Shown here: in pieces, positions 27,998 through 38,092 of the stretch
How the letters are laid out: each line of letters starts with the position of its first letter
Position numbering within the stretch: position 1 is the first letter of the stretch
From: Chloroflexota bacterium
Lineage (GTDB): Bacteria; Chloroflexota; Dehalococcoidia; Lucifugimonadales; Lucifugimonadaceae
Assembly: GCA_002708145.1 (NCBI GenBank)
Contig: PAOV01000017.1
Span: forward strand, 51,398 to 93,584
Reading direction: 5' to 3'
Length of the DNA stretch: 42,187 nt
Translations under genes and position numbers: made by a program
The notes under the pieces: generated by a model
The model's input: only the letters and a program-made list of their open reading frames with translations
Told to the model about the DNA's origin: nothing
The model's database searches: none

Positions 27998-29713
27998 TTA
28001 TGTATTTTTCCATCCTGAAGATATTGGTAATCTTCGATCTTTACCAAGCGCTAAGTTAGAAATTTTTATTCCTGGGGGACTTTGTCTCCTTTTATATTCA
28101 TTTCTGTCAATAAGATTTATATTTTCAATAATTAATTTTTTATTCATATAGCCAAATTTTTTCTTAAATTCTCTTGCTATTTTGTCTGGAGAAAATTTTT
28201 TTTCAACATATAGCTTAATTATTAGATCAAGCTTATCGTAAGGAGGTAAACTATCAGAATCTAATTGATTGGGCCTAAGTTCAGCAGTTGGTGGTTTATT
28301 AATAATATTTACAGGAATAGTTTCATAGGAATTAATTTTATTTATATGCTCACATATTTCATAAACCATAGTTTTTGAAACATCCTTAATGCAACTGAAT
28401 GCTCCAGCCATATCACCATACAAAGTACCATAGCCTGTTGCCATCTCAGACTTATTTCCTGTTGCTAATAGCAAAAAATTAAATTTATTAGCTAGAGCCA
28501 TCATTATATTGCCTCTTATTCTAGACTGAATATTTTCCTCTGCTAAACCTGGTTTTGATTTTTCGAATAATTTTTCAAGAGAGCTATCAAAAGATTTATG
28601 AATATTTTTTATTGGTATCTTGATCAATTCTAATCCTAGATTTTCACATAATATACTTGCGTCTTTATAACTATTATCTGATGAGTATTTAGATGGTAGG
28701 GAAACAGCAAGAACATTTTTAGGCCCTATAGCATCAGCAGCAATAGCTGCAACTAAAGCCGAATCAATCCCTCCAGATACTGCTACTAAAACTCGAGAAA
28801 AATTATTTTTAATTACATAGTCTCTTGTTCCCAGAATAATTGCTCTGTAAATACTATCAATTTTTGAAAAATTAGGGACTTTTGGTAAAATATTTTGATT
28901 AGAGTTCTCAAAACGATTCAATTTTATATTTTTAGTTATATATTTTTCTTTTTTTTCTTTTTTTTCTTTTTGTTTATTCTTAATTTCAAGAGTTGTAATC
29001 ATTAGGTTTTCTTTGAATCTTTCACTAGATGAAATAATTTCTCCTTTATCATCAGTTAGCAAGCTACCACCATCAAAAACTAACTCATCTTGACCTCCCA
29101 CCTGATTAGTATATAAAACGTGAACTTTGTTTTTATTAGAAATATTTTTAATTAGATTTACTCTTTTTGCATACTTATCATACTCATAAGGCGATGAATT
29201 AATATTTATTATTATTTGCGCACCCCTTCTTGCCTGAATAGCTACAAGCCCACCATCTTCCCAAATATCTTCACAAATACTTACTCCAATATTTATATTA
29301 TTAATATTGAATATTGGAATTTCATTGCCAGGATAAAAATATCTTTTTTCATCAAAAACTCCATAATTAGGTAAATAAATTTTATTATAAATATATTTAA
29401 TTTTTTTATTTTGAATAACCGCTGCTGAGTTGTAGAGTTTATTTTTTATTTTGTTCACAAATCCAATTACAGTAGTAATATTTTTTACTGATTTACTAAT
29501 TTCTTTTATTTTTTTGATATTTGCTTCAACGAAATGATCATAATGAACTAAGTCTTCAGGAGGATAACCAGTTATTGTCAATTCAGGGAAAGTTATAATG
29601 TTAACTTTTTTTTTCTCAGCTTTTTGTATAAAATTTATTATTTTTTTTGCATTAGAGTTAATATCACCAACAGTGGTGTTAATTTGTGCAGATGCTAATG
29701 TTATTTTTGTCAT
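27998..29713 (-). CDS. nadE: Glutamine-dependent NAD+ synthetase (CN-hydrolase/glutaminase domain plus NAD synthetase domain)
   Basis: The protein is 571 aa. The N-terminal nitrilase-type domain has FPEL.ITGY and VSICED. The C-terminus has the PP-loop SGGIDSALVA. Confidence 0.92.
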   Translation of the reverse strand: MTKITLASAQINTTVGDINSNAKKIINFIQKAEKKKVNIITFPELTITGYPPEDLVHYDHFVEANIKKIKEISKSVKNITTVIGFVNKIKNKLYNSAAVIQNKKIKYIYNKIYLPNYGVFDEKRYFYPGNEIPIFNINNINIGVSICEDIWEDGGLVAIQARRGAQIIININSSPYEYDKYAKRVNLIKNISNKNKVHVLYTNQVGGQDELVFDGGSLLTDDKGEIISSSERFKENLMITTLEIKNKQKEKKEKKEKYITKNIKLNRFENSNQNILPKVPNFSKIDSIYRAIILGTRDYVIKNNFSRVLVAVSGGIDSALVAAIAADAIGPKNVLAVSLPSKYSSDNSYKDASILCENLGLELIKIPIKNIHKSFDSSLEKLFEKSKPGLAEENIQSRIRGNIMMALANKFNFLLLATGNKSEMATGYGTLYGDMAGAFSCIKDVSKTMVYEICEHINKINSYETIPVNIINKPPTAELRPNQLDSDSLPPYDKLDLIIKLYVEKKFSPDKIAREFKKKFGYMNKKLIIENINLIDRNEYKRRQSPPGIKISNLALGKDRRLPISSGWKNT

Positions 29714-29717
29714 AAAA

Positions 29718-31199
29718 CTAAGAATAACTAATTGATGGTCTTACGTATTTACCTACAGATGGCAAGTTTGATTTACCCATCAGAAATAAATCTATATTTC
29801 TGGCACAACTTCTACCACTAGCTATAGCATGAACAACTAATGACTGACCTCTTTGCATATCTCCGCATGAGAATATTTTTTCTTTGCTAGTCATCATGTC
29901 ATTATTAGTTGAAACATTTCCTCTTTGATCGTAATCAATGCTTAAAGATTCTAAAAGTCCTTCATGTTGAGGATGCAAGAATCCCATAGCTAGAAATACT
30001 CTTTCAGCATCTATACTAAAGTTAGTATTAGGCACTTCTTTCATCGCAATTTGTCCTGTTTCGTTATTTTTTACCCACTCAACACGAACACATTCTATAG
30101 AAATTAAATTGTTATTTTCATCACCAAGAAATTTTTTTGTAAGTACATTATAATCTCTTTCTCCACCTTCTTCATGTGCACTAGAAGTTCTGAAAGTAGT
30201 TGGCCAGTTTGGCCATGGATTATTTTCATTTCTCTCGATTGGTGGCCTAGGCATAATTTCCATTTGCACTATATTTTTTGCGCCCTGTCTATGAGATGTA
30301 CCTAAACAGTCTGCTCCAGTATCCCCACCTCCTATAATTACAACATTTTTATCCTTAACATTTATATTTTCTGAAGCATCAAATGTCAAACCTTTTAACT
30401 TTTTGTTTTGCTGAGATAAGAAATCCATAGCAAAATGTATACCATTTAGATTTCTGCCTTCTATAGGCAAATCACGTGGAATAGTTGAACCTCCAGACAG
30501 GCATATGGCATCATAGTCATTGATAAGCTCTTCTGAGGTAATATCGGTTCCAACATTAGTATTAACTTTAAACTTAACGCCTTCTTCTTTCATTTGATCT
30601 ATTCTTCTATCTACAATACGTTTTTCTAATTTAAACTCAGGTATACCAATAGATAATAAGCCACCAATGTATTCATTTCTTTCAAAGACAGTTACAGAAT
30701 GTCCAGCTCGGCAAAGTTGTTGAGCTGCAGCTAAGCCGGCTGGTCCTGAACCAACCACGGCAATTTTTTTATTTGTTTTATTTTTATTTATTACTGGTTT
30801 TATCCATCCAGATTCCCAGGCCATTTCAGCAATGTTTTTTTCTATCATTTCAATTGTCACAGGATCTGAATTTATTGAAAGCGTACATGAAGCTTCACAT
30901 GGTGCAGGACAAATTCTACCCGTAAATTCAGGGAAGTTATTAGTAGCATGTAGAGTTTCAATAGCACTTTTCCAGTCTTGATTATATACGTGGTTATTAA
31001 ATTCAGGAATTAAGTTACCCAGAGGGCAACCATTATTACAGAAAGGTACTCCACAATCCATACACCTGCTAGCCTGAGTCTGATATTTTTTTTCATCCCA
31101 TTTAGTATAAACTTCTTTCCAGTCAGAAATTCTTTTCTTGGCATTCCTTCTGTCTGGAGTTTGTCTTTTATGTTTAATAAATCCTTGTATTTTACTCAC
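29718..31199 (-). CDS. gltD: Glutamate synthase (NADPH) small subunit
   Basis: The protein is 493 aa. The Fe-S Cys clusters are CMDCGVPFC and CPAPCE.SC. The dinucleotide folds are VVGSGPAGLAAA and IIGGGDTGADC. Confidence 0.93.
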   Translation of the reverse strand: MSKIQGFIKHKRQTPDRRNAKKRISDWKEVYTKWDEKKYQTQASRCMDCGVPFCNNGCPLGNLIPEFNNHVYNQDWKSAIETLHATNNFPEFTGRICPAPCEASCTLSINSDPVTIEMIEKNIAEMAWESGWIKPVINKNKTNKKIAVVGSGPAGLAAAQQLCRAGHSVTVFERNEYIGGLLSIGIPEFKLEKRIVDRRIDQMKEEGVKFKVNTNVGTDITSEELINDYDAICLSGGSTIPRDLPIEGRNLNGIHFAMDFLSQQNKKLKGLTFDASENINVKDKNVVIIGGGDTGADCLGTSHRQGAKNIVQMEIMPRPPIERNENNPWPNWPTTFRTSSAHEEGGERDYNVLTKKFLGDENNNLISIECVRVEWVKNNETGQIAMKEVPNTNFSIDAERVFLAMGFLHPQHEGLLESLSIDYDQRGNVSTNNDMMTSKEKIFSCGDMQRGQSLVVHAIASGRSCARNIDLFLMGKSNLPSVGKYVRPSISYS

Positions 31200-34100
31200 T
31201 TAAGCTAAATTCCTCTCGATTATTTTCAGTTATAATTTTTCCAAATTCACGAGGCAAAACTTTTAAGAATTTAGATTGGTATGAATTCCAATTATTTAAG
31301 ATTTTTTCAGCTATTTTGCTTCCAGTGTAATTTTTGTGTTTAGAAATCAATTTTTTTAAAGTATCTATATCTTTTTGGCTCTCTTCAACTCTTATAATAT
31401 CTGAAAAAGTTTTATCGAAATTATTTTCAAAACTTTCATCATGGTCAAGAATAAATGCTACACCTCCACTCATGCCTGCGCCAAAATTTCTTCCTGTTTT
31501 ACCAATAACTACAACACATCCTCCAGTCATATATTCACATCCATGGTCTCCAATACCTTCAACAACTGCTACTGCAGATGAGTTTCTAACAGCAAATCTT
31601 TCACCAGCCAGACCTGATATGTAGGCTTCCCCGCCAGTTGCTCCGTAAAGGGCGACATTTCCTATGATAATATTTTTGTCCGATAAGAACGTAGATTTAT
31701 CGCTAGGCTTGATGATTATTCTACCGCCAGACAACCCTTTTCCTACGTAGTCATTAGCATCACCTTGCAAATTAAAGTTTATGCCCTTGACTAGGAATGC
31801 TCCAAAGCTTTGTCCGGCAGAACCTCTGAAGTTTATATTAATTGTATTTTCTTCTAAAGTCTTACTACCTAATAATTCGGTTATTTTCCCACTTAAAGTT
31901 GCACCAACTGTCCTATTTAAGTTTGTAATGGTCATATCTTCACTTACAGTATTTTTATTTTTAATTTTTGGGATAGCAATTTTAATTATTTTGTTATCAA
32001 GAGCTTCTTCAAGACCATGATCTTGAGAAATACAACAATACGCATGATCGTTTGGTAATATTTCTGGCTTATGAAGTATTGGAGATAAATCTAGTTTTTT
32101 GGCTTTCCAATGAGTTATATTTTCTTTAACTTTTAGCTTGTCTACTCTTCCAATCATTTCATTAACCGTTTTGAAACCCATTTTTGCCATATGTACCCTA
32201 AGTTCCTCAGCAAGAAACATGAAATAGTTAATTACAGCATCTGGGGTACCAGTAAATTTTTTTCTTAATTCAGGGTCCTGAGTAGCAACACCCACAGAGC
32301 ATGTGTTAAGGTGACATTTTCTAAGCATGATACAACCCATAGATATTAGCGCACCTGTAGCTATTCCCCATTCTTCCGCACCTAATAATGCACCAATAAT
32401 AACATCTTTAGATGTTTTCATTTGTCCGTCAGTTTGTACAACTATACGATCCCTTAGACCATTTGCCACTAGAACTTGCTGAGTTTCAGCTAGTCCTAAT
32501 TCCCATGGAACTCCCGCGTGTCTTATAGAACTGAGAGGTGAAGCACCAGTTCCGCCTGAGTCGCCAGATATTAAGACAACATCTCCTTTTCCTTTGGCAA
32601 CTCCTGCTGCTATTACTCCAACTCCTGCTACAGAAACTAACTTCACATGTACTCTAGAATTAGGATTGACATTTTTAAGGTCATGTATTAATTGAGCCAA
32701 ATCTTCAATTGAATATATATCGTGGTGAGGTGGAGGTGAAATTAATTCAACACCTGGTGTTGTTTTTCTAATATAACCTATGTATTCAGATATTTTTTTG
32801 CCTGGCAGCTCTCCACCTTCTCCAGGTTTTGCTCCCTGAGCCATTTTAATTTGAAGATCCTTGGCATTTACTAAATAGTTTGTTGTTACTCCAAATCTTC
32901 CAGATGCAACTTGTTTCACTGCGCTAGATCTTGAGTCACCATTCGAATCTAGCTCGAATCTTTCTGGATCTTCCCCACCTTCTCCCGTATTTGACCTTGC
33001 ATTAATACGATTTGTTGCAATCGCCATAGTTTCATGAGCTTCTCTACTAATTGAGCCAAGTGAAATTGCTCCTGTAGCAAATCTTTCGACAATTTTTTCT
33101 GCAGATTCGACTTCCTCAATTGGGATTTCATTTCCATAAATAGGCTCAATCATATTACGAAGTGTTACATGTTCCTCTAATTCATTATCCGAGGATTCTT
33201 CGAACATTTTAAATGTATTTCTGTCATTTCTTTTTACTGCATCTTGGAGTAAGGCAATAGTGTTTGGGTTCCACATATGCCTCTCACCTGTAGAACGCCA
33301 TAGATATAAGCCCCCAAGATCCATTTTTAGGTTAGATGGAATGTTGTCTGGTGCATAAGCTCTGAAATGGTTTGCAAGTAAATCTTGGTTTATCTCAGCT
33401 AGCCCGATTCCACTAATTCTAGATGTAGTCCATGTAAAAAATTTATCTATGAAAGATTGAGATAATCCCAATGCTTCAAAAATTTGAGCTCCCATATAGC
33501 CTTGCAAAGTTGAAATTCCCATTTTTGCCATAGTTTTTACAACACCTTCTTCAACTGCTTCACGAAAATTATTTTCAGCAATGTTTTTTTCAGGGACATT
33601 TTCTTCATTTAAGGGGTTCAATCTCATGCCCTCTATACTTTCAAAAGCCAAATAAGGATTTATTGCTGATGCTCCATAACCAAAAAGCGTAGCAAAGTGA
33701 TGAACCTCCCTAGGTTCTCCAGATTCAACTATTATGTCGGCTTGCGACCTAATTCTTTTTCTTATGAGGTAGTGGTGTACCGCACCAACAGCTAACAATG
33801 ATGGAATATAACTATGATTTTTATCAACCCCTCGATCAGATAAAACTAATATGGTATAACCATCAGAAATCGCCTTGTCTGCTTCTTTGCAGATTTGTTC
33901 AATCCTTTTTTCTAAATTATCTAAATTGCTTACTTTGAAAAGAGTGGAGATTGTTTTGGTTTTTATAGCTGCAAATTTAGTATTTGATTGAATTTTTTTC
34001 AATTCATTATCAAGAAGTACAGGATGATCAATTCTGATAGTTTTACAATGATCAGGAGTGGTATCAAAAATATTTGGTCTTCTTCCCACAGGCACGGCTC

Positions 34101-35772
34101 TTTGAGTGAATAATTTTTCTCTGATAGCATCTAAAGGTGGATTAGAAACTTGAGCAAAAGCTTGTTTGAAGTAAGCAAAAAGATTTTGTGGCTTGTCAGA
34201 AAGAACAGCTAAGGGCGCATCATTACCCATTGAACCTTGAGGTTGATGAGCTGTTATAGCCATTGGCTTTATGATTAAGTCAAGCTCTTCTTTTGTGTAC
34301 CCAAATGCAACTTGGCGATTAATTAAATTATCGATATCAAAAATATTTTTTTGCTTAACATCTTCTAATTGAGAGATTGTTACTCGATTTGAATCTAACC
34401 ATTCTCCATAAGGATTAGCATTTGATAAATTCTTCATTAATTCATCAGGCTCAATAATTCTCTTTTCATTAAAGTCTAATAAAAACATCTTGCCTGGTTC
34501 TAATCTTGATTTGTAAAGTATATCTTCTTCATCAACATTAAGAACCCCAGTCTCAGATCCCATAACTAATAAATTATCCTTAGTAACAAAATAACGAAAA
34601 GGCCTTAGTCCATTTCTGTCTAATACTGCACCAACAGCTGTTCCATCAGTAAAAATTACCATAGCCGGACCATCCCAAGGCTCCATTAAATTTCCATGGT
34701 ACTCATAGAAGTCTTGCGTTTCTTTACTTAGTGAATCATTGTCATACCAAGCCGCGGGAATCATCATAGCTGCAGTGTGTTCAATTGATCGACCTGACAT
34801 TCTTAATAGCTCAAAAACATTGTCAAGAGATGCTGTATCTGATGGGGAATCGCTTTCGCAAACTGGCGTAAGATTGTTTATTTTATCCCCAAAAAAATTA
34901 GAACTAAGAGTTTTTTCTCTTGCTTGCATCCAGTTTCTATTACCTCTGACTGTATTGATTTCTCCGTTATGAGCTAGCATTCTATACGGATGAGCCAATT
35001 TCCAGGATCCTAAAGTGTTTGTAGAAAATCTTGAGTGCACCAATCCAAACGCACTACTAAACTTTTCATCGCTAAGATCAGGGTAAAATTTTCTGAGTTG
35101 ATCAACAAGAAGCATGCCTTTATATATTATTGTTCTGGAAGACCATGAACATATATAAAACTCTCTATTGAGAATATTTCTTAATTCTTCATTTGATTTA
35201 ATTTTTTCTACAAGTTTTTCACAAGTTTTTCTCGTAAGATATAAGTTTCTTTCAAAATCATCACCAGAACTTTTTTTTCTTGATTTTACTATTAGTTGTT
35301 CAATTCTTGGCATTAACGACTTTGCAGATTTACCAATCTCATTAGGATTTACGGGAACATTTCTCCATATGATAACTTCTAGATTATTCTCTGAAGCAGT
35401 TTTCTCAATTATTTTTTTTATTTTATTGTTAATTTCATTGTCATTAGGTAAAAAGCACATTGCTACGGCATACGAACCTTTATTAGGTAAAATAAAATTT
35501 AATTTTTTTGACTGATCAAGAAAAAACTCATGGGGCATTTGAACTGTTATACCAGCTCCATCTCCTGTTAGTGGGTCTGAACCGGCAGCACCTCTGTGTC
35601 CTAAATGTTCAAGGACTTCTAAAGACTGTTGAACTATTTGGTGGGATGAATTTGATTTGATATTTGCAACCATACCAACTCCACATGCATCATGTTCTAA
35701 ATCTGGAGAATACAACCCGTACTTTTCATTGTCTTCGAAGTTTTTATTTTTTAATGTTTCATAATCAATCAT
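31192..35772 (-). CDS. gltB: Glutamate synthase large subunit
   Basis: The protein is 1526 aa. The Ntn-amidotransferase start is HDACGVG. It has the FMN/3Fe-4S central domain and the C-terminal GXGXG beta-helix domain. It overlaps gltD by 8 nt. Confidence 0.97.
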   Translation of the reverse strand: MIDYETLKNKNFEDNEKYGLYSPDLEHDACGVGMVANIKSNSSHQIVQQSLEVLEHLGHRGAAGSDPLTGDGAGITVQMPHEFFLDQSKKLNFILPNKGSYAVAMCFLPNDNEINNKIKKIIEKTASENNLEVIIWRNVPVNPNEIGKSAKSLMPRIEQLIVKSRKKSSGDDFERNLYLTRKTCEKLVEKIKSNEELRNILNREFYICSWSSRTIIYKGMLLVDQLRKFYPDLSDEKFSSAFGLVHSRFSTNTLGSWKLAHPYRMLAHNGEINTVRGNRNWMQAREKTLSSNFFGDKINNLTPVCESDSPSDTASLDNVFELLRMSGRSIEHTAAMMIPAAWYDNDSLSKETQDFYEYHGNLMEPWDGPAMVIFTDGTAVGAVLDRNGLRPFRYFVTKDNLLVMGSETGVLNVDEEDILYKSRLEPGKMFLLDFNEKRIIEPDELMKNLSNANPYGEWLDSNRVTISQLEDVKQKNIFDIDNLINRQVAFGYTKEELDLIIKPMAITAHQPQGSMGNDAPLAVLSDKPQNLFAYFKQAFAQVSNPPLDAIREKLFTQRAVPVGRRPNIFDTTPDHCKTIRIDHPVLLDNELKKIQSNTKFAAIKTKTISTLFKVSNLDNLEKRIEQICKEADKAISDGYTILVLSDRGVDKNHSYIPSLLAVGAVHHYLIRKRIRSQADIIVESGEPREVHHFATLFGYGASAINPYLAFESIEGMRLNPLNEENVPEKNIAENNFREAVEEGVVKTMAKMGISTLQGYMGAQIFEALGLSQSFIDKFFTWTTSRISGIGLAEINQDLLANHFRAYAPDNIPSNLKMDLGGLYLWRSTGERHMWNPNTIALLQDAVKRNDRNTFKMFEESSDNELEEHVTLRNMIEPIYGNEIPIEEVESAEKIVERFATGAISLGSISREAHETMAIATNRINARSNTGEGGEDPERFELDSNGDSRSSAVKQVASGRFGVTTNYLVNAKDLQIKMAQGAKPGEGGELPGKKISEYIGYIRKTTPGVELISPPPHHDIYSIEDLAQLIHDLKNVNPNSRVHVKLVSVAGVGVIAAGVAKGKGDVVLISGDSGGTGASPLSSIRHAGVPWELGLAETQQVLVANGLRDRIVVQTDGQMKTSKDVIIGALLGAEEWGIATGALISMGCIMLRKCHLNTCSVGVATQDPELRKKFTGTPDAVINYFMFLAEELRVHMAKMGFKTVNEMIGRVDKLKVKENITHWKAKKLDLSPILHKPEILPNDHAYCCISQDHGLEEALDNKIIKIAIPKIKNKNTVSEDMTITNLNRTVGATLSGKITELLGSKTLEENTININFRGSAGQSFGAFLVKGINFNLQGDANDYVGKGLSGGRIIIKPSDKSTFLSDKNIIIGNVALYGATGGEAYISGLAGERFAVRNSSAVAVVEGIGDHGCEYMTGGCVVVIGKTGRNFGAGMSGGVAFILDHDESFENNFDKTFSDIIRVEESQKDIDTLKKLISKHKNYTGSKIAEKILNNWNSYQSKFLKVLPREFGKIITENNREEFSLSE

Positions 35773-35819
35773 ATTTAAATTCTAATATAAAATAATAAAT
35801 TTCAAATAGAAAAAACTTA

Positions 35820-37157
35820 TTAAAGATTTTGATATTTGCTAATTTCGTAATCAGTAACGTAGGAAGAAAAGTTTTTCCACTCTTGATGTTTGTTATTTAA
35901 TAATATTTCAAAAGCATTATTACCAAGAGAGCTCTTTAGAAGTTTACTACTTTCAGCAATATCTATTGCTTCCTTAAGAGTTTCTGGCAATTTGATTACC
36001 CCGTATTTTTTTAATTCTTTGTTTGAAAGCTTATTAATATCTAAATCAATTGGATTTTCAATTTTCATCTGTTTTTTTATACCATCAAGTCCTGAGGCAA
36101 GTAAAACAGAAAAAAGAAGATATGGGTTACTTGATGAATCTGGGGCTCTATACTCAACTCTCAAACTGTCTTCTTTGCCAGAACTGAAACTTGGAACTCT
36201 TATTAAGTCTCCGAAATTATTAGTGCTCCAAGAAGAATAAGTAGGTGCTTCAAGGCCAGGTATTAGTCTTTTGTAAGAATTAACCCATTGATTAGTAACT
36301 ACACATATTTCAGATGCATGTGCTATTAATCCGGCAATAAATTGCCTACCTAATTTTGATAACTTGTACTCTAAGGTATCATCAAAAAAAAGATTTTTAT
36401 TACCTTCAAATAATGACATATGCGTATGCATTCCTGACCCGTGCCTATCATTGTAAGGCCTGGGCATAAAAGTTGCATTTATACCACTAAGATTAGCAAG
36501 CTCTTTAGCAACAACTTTAAATGTCATTATTGAGTCAGCCATAGTTAATGCATCTGTATGCCTTAAATCTATTTCATGCTGCCCTTTACTAACCTCATGG
36601 TGGCTGTGTTTTACTGGGATACCCATCTGTTCTAATGTAAGGACAGTGTCTCTTCTAAGGTCTGACTCAATCATTTCTGTTGATGTCTGATCAAAATATT
36701 CAGATTGGTCACTTGAGTCCAAAAAGTTATTTTCGTTCCTGCCATAATAATATTCCATCTCTGGAGACACATAAAAAGTAAATCCCAATTTTTTGGCTTC
36801 AGATAAGTTTTTTATTAGAATATTTCTTCCATCGGAATCTGATGGATTTCCATTTGAATCTAGTATATTACAAAAAATTCTTGCAACAGTAGCTTTTGTA
36901 CGCCAAGGTAATATTTCAAAGGTTGATGGATCAGGCAAAGCAACTTTGTCAGTCTCAGTGTCTCTTACTGAGGCTTGGATAGAACTACCATCAAAACTTG
37001 CTCCATTGTTCATCACATCTTCTAATTCATCAATTGTTATAGCAAATCCCTTGAGATTTCCAAGAATATCGGAAAACCACAACCTAATAAACTTTACATT
37101 ATTCTCACTAGCAGACATTAGTACGTAATTGATTGCTTCTTTATTATTATTTTTCAT
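35820..37157 (-). CDS. glnA: Glutamine synthetase type I
   Basis: The protein is 445 aa with FDGSSI, PEMEYY, HHEVS.GQHEI and GSGMHTHMSL motifs. It resembles the Bacillus-type GSI-alpha form; I see no obvious adenylylation-loop Tyr motif. Confidence 0.95.
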   Translation of the reverse strand: MKNNNKEAINYVLMSASENNVKFIRLWFSDILGNLKGFAITIDELEDVMNNGASFDGSSIQASVRDTETDKVALPDPSTFEILPWRTKATVARIFCNILDSNGNPSDSDGRNILIKNLSEAKKLGFTFYVSPEMEYYYGRNENNFLDSSDQSEYFDQTSTEMIESDLRRDTVLTLEQMGIPVKHSHHEVSKGQHEIDLRHTDALTMADSIMTFKVVAKELANLSGINATFMPRPYNDRHGSGMHTHMSLFEGNKNLFFDDTLEYKLSKLGRQFIAGLIAHASEICVVTNQWVNSYKRLIPGLEAPTYSSWSTNNFGDLIRVPSFSSGKEDSLRVEYRAPDSSSNPYLLFSVLLASGLDGIKKQMKIENPIDLDINKLSNKELKKYGVIKLPETLKEAIDIAESSKLLKSSLGNNAFEILLNNKHQEWKNFSSYVTDYEISKYQNL

Positions 37158-37187
37158 GTTTTTTCCTAATTCAATTTTTATTTATAT

Positions 37188-37868
37188 CTAATTTTCTGGA
37201 GGTACAAATTTATATCCTACGTTCCATTGTGTTTCAATAAAATTATGAGTGGGATTATCTATTTTACTTCTTAATCTTCTTATATGCACGTCTACAGTTC
37301 GTGTTCCGCCAAAATAGTCATAATCCCATACACTTTTTAGTAATGAATCTCTCGAATAAACTCTATTTGGATTCGATGCTAAGAATTTTAATAATTCATA
37401 CTCTTTGTATGTAAGGTCAATTTTTTTATCAAATAAATATACTTCATATCTTTGAGAGTTGATTTTCATTATTTTATAATCTATTAATCCTTCATCTAAA
37501 TCCATGTTTGCAGAGTCTATTTTAGGTATTAGCTTTTCTATACGAATATTTATTTCTTCTTTAGAAAAAGGTATGAAGCATACTTCAAGATTTGGAGTTT
37601 TAAGATTTATATCATCTACCATAGTTGAGGAAAAAATTATCAAAGTAGGTATATTTTCTTCTGATAAATTATCCATTATTTTTTTTGTAAGCCCTACCTC
37701 AATACCTGGATTCCAAATAAGTGCAATATTAATATTTTTTGAAATATAATCATAATCAAGTTGATTTAACAAATTAAAATTATAATTTTTATATGCTTCA
37801 TTCATCTCGCTAAGTAGTCTCTGAGACTCTGAGTCATGGAAGCCGATAATACCTATTTCAGTTTTCAT
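37188..37868 (-). CDS. OmpR/PhoB-family winged-helix transcription regulator with a degenerate (pseudo-)receiver domain
   Basis: The protein is 226 aa. The C-terminal wHTH is canonical: LTYKEYELLKFLASNPNRVYSRDSLL..VW......TRTVDVHIRRLRSKI...I.T...VGYKF. In the N-terminal CheY-like fold, the expected phospho-acceptor position reads IALIWNPG (Trp/Asn instead of Asp) and the K-P-F position reads FIPF (no Lys). Confidence 0.8.
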   Translation of the reverse strand: MKTEIGIIGFHDSESQRLLSEMNEAYKNYNFNLLNQLDYDYISKNINIALIWNPGIEVGLTKKIMDNLSEENIPTLIIFSSTMVDDINLKTPNLEVCFIPFSKEEINIRIEKLIPKIDSANMDLDEGLIDYKIMKINSQRYEVYLFDKKIDLTYKEYELLKFLASNPNRVYSRDSLLKSVWDYDYFGGTRTVDVHIRRLRSKIDNPTHNFIETQWNVGYKFVPPEN

Positions 37869-37996
37869 AAATTTCTAATGATTTTTTGCTAATTTATTAT
37901 TGTGCTAATTATTTATAATTATGCATAGTACTTATTATATACAAATTTTGATTTACACAAATATTTTTTTTTTAGTAAAAAAAAGTCTAAATATCG

Positions 37997-38026
37997 TTGA
38001 CTTATCACCCTATCCATTCGTATACT
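37997..38026 (+). promoter_or_regulatory. Candidate str-operon promoter TTGACT-18 nt-TATACT
   Basis: The hexamers are at 37997-38002 and 38021-38026. This leaves a leader of about 60 nt before the rpsL TTG start. A T10/A8 tract immediately upstream could be UP-element-like. Confidence 0.4.
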
Positions 38027-38092
38027 TATTCTTTGTGACTTGATTTATAACATCAATGTCCACCCTGAATTTATTTTAACTGGAGTATAACT

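Noticed and set aside
28943-28975. A T/C-rich periodic tract in nadE encoding KEKKEKKEK, and the A-rich lysine linker in jag (about 13237-13340).
   Set aside because: These are imperfect low-complexity Lys/Glu linkers between domains, typical of AT-rich genomes. They are not discrete repeat elements. The homopolymer runs could be slippage-prone, but nothing suggests phase variation.
37158-37187. A possible glutamine riboswitch or other glnA leader. I also checked 35773-35819 upstream of gltB.
   Set aside because: The gaps are 30 and 47 nt of A/T-rich sequence with no pairing potential. They look like simple intercistronic spacers.
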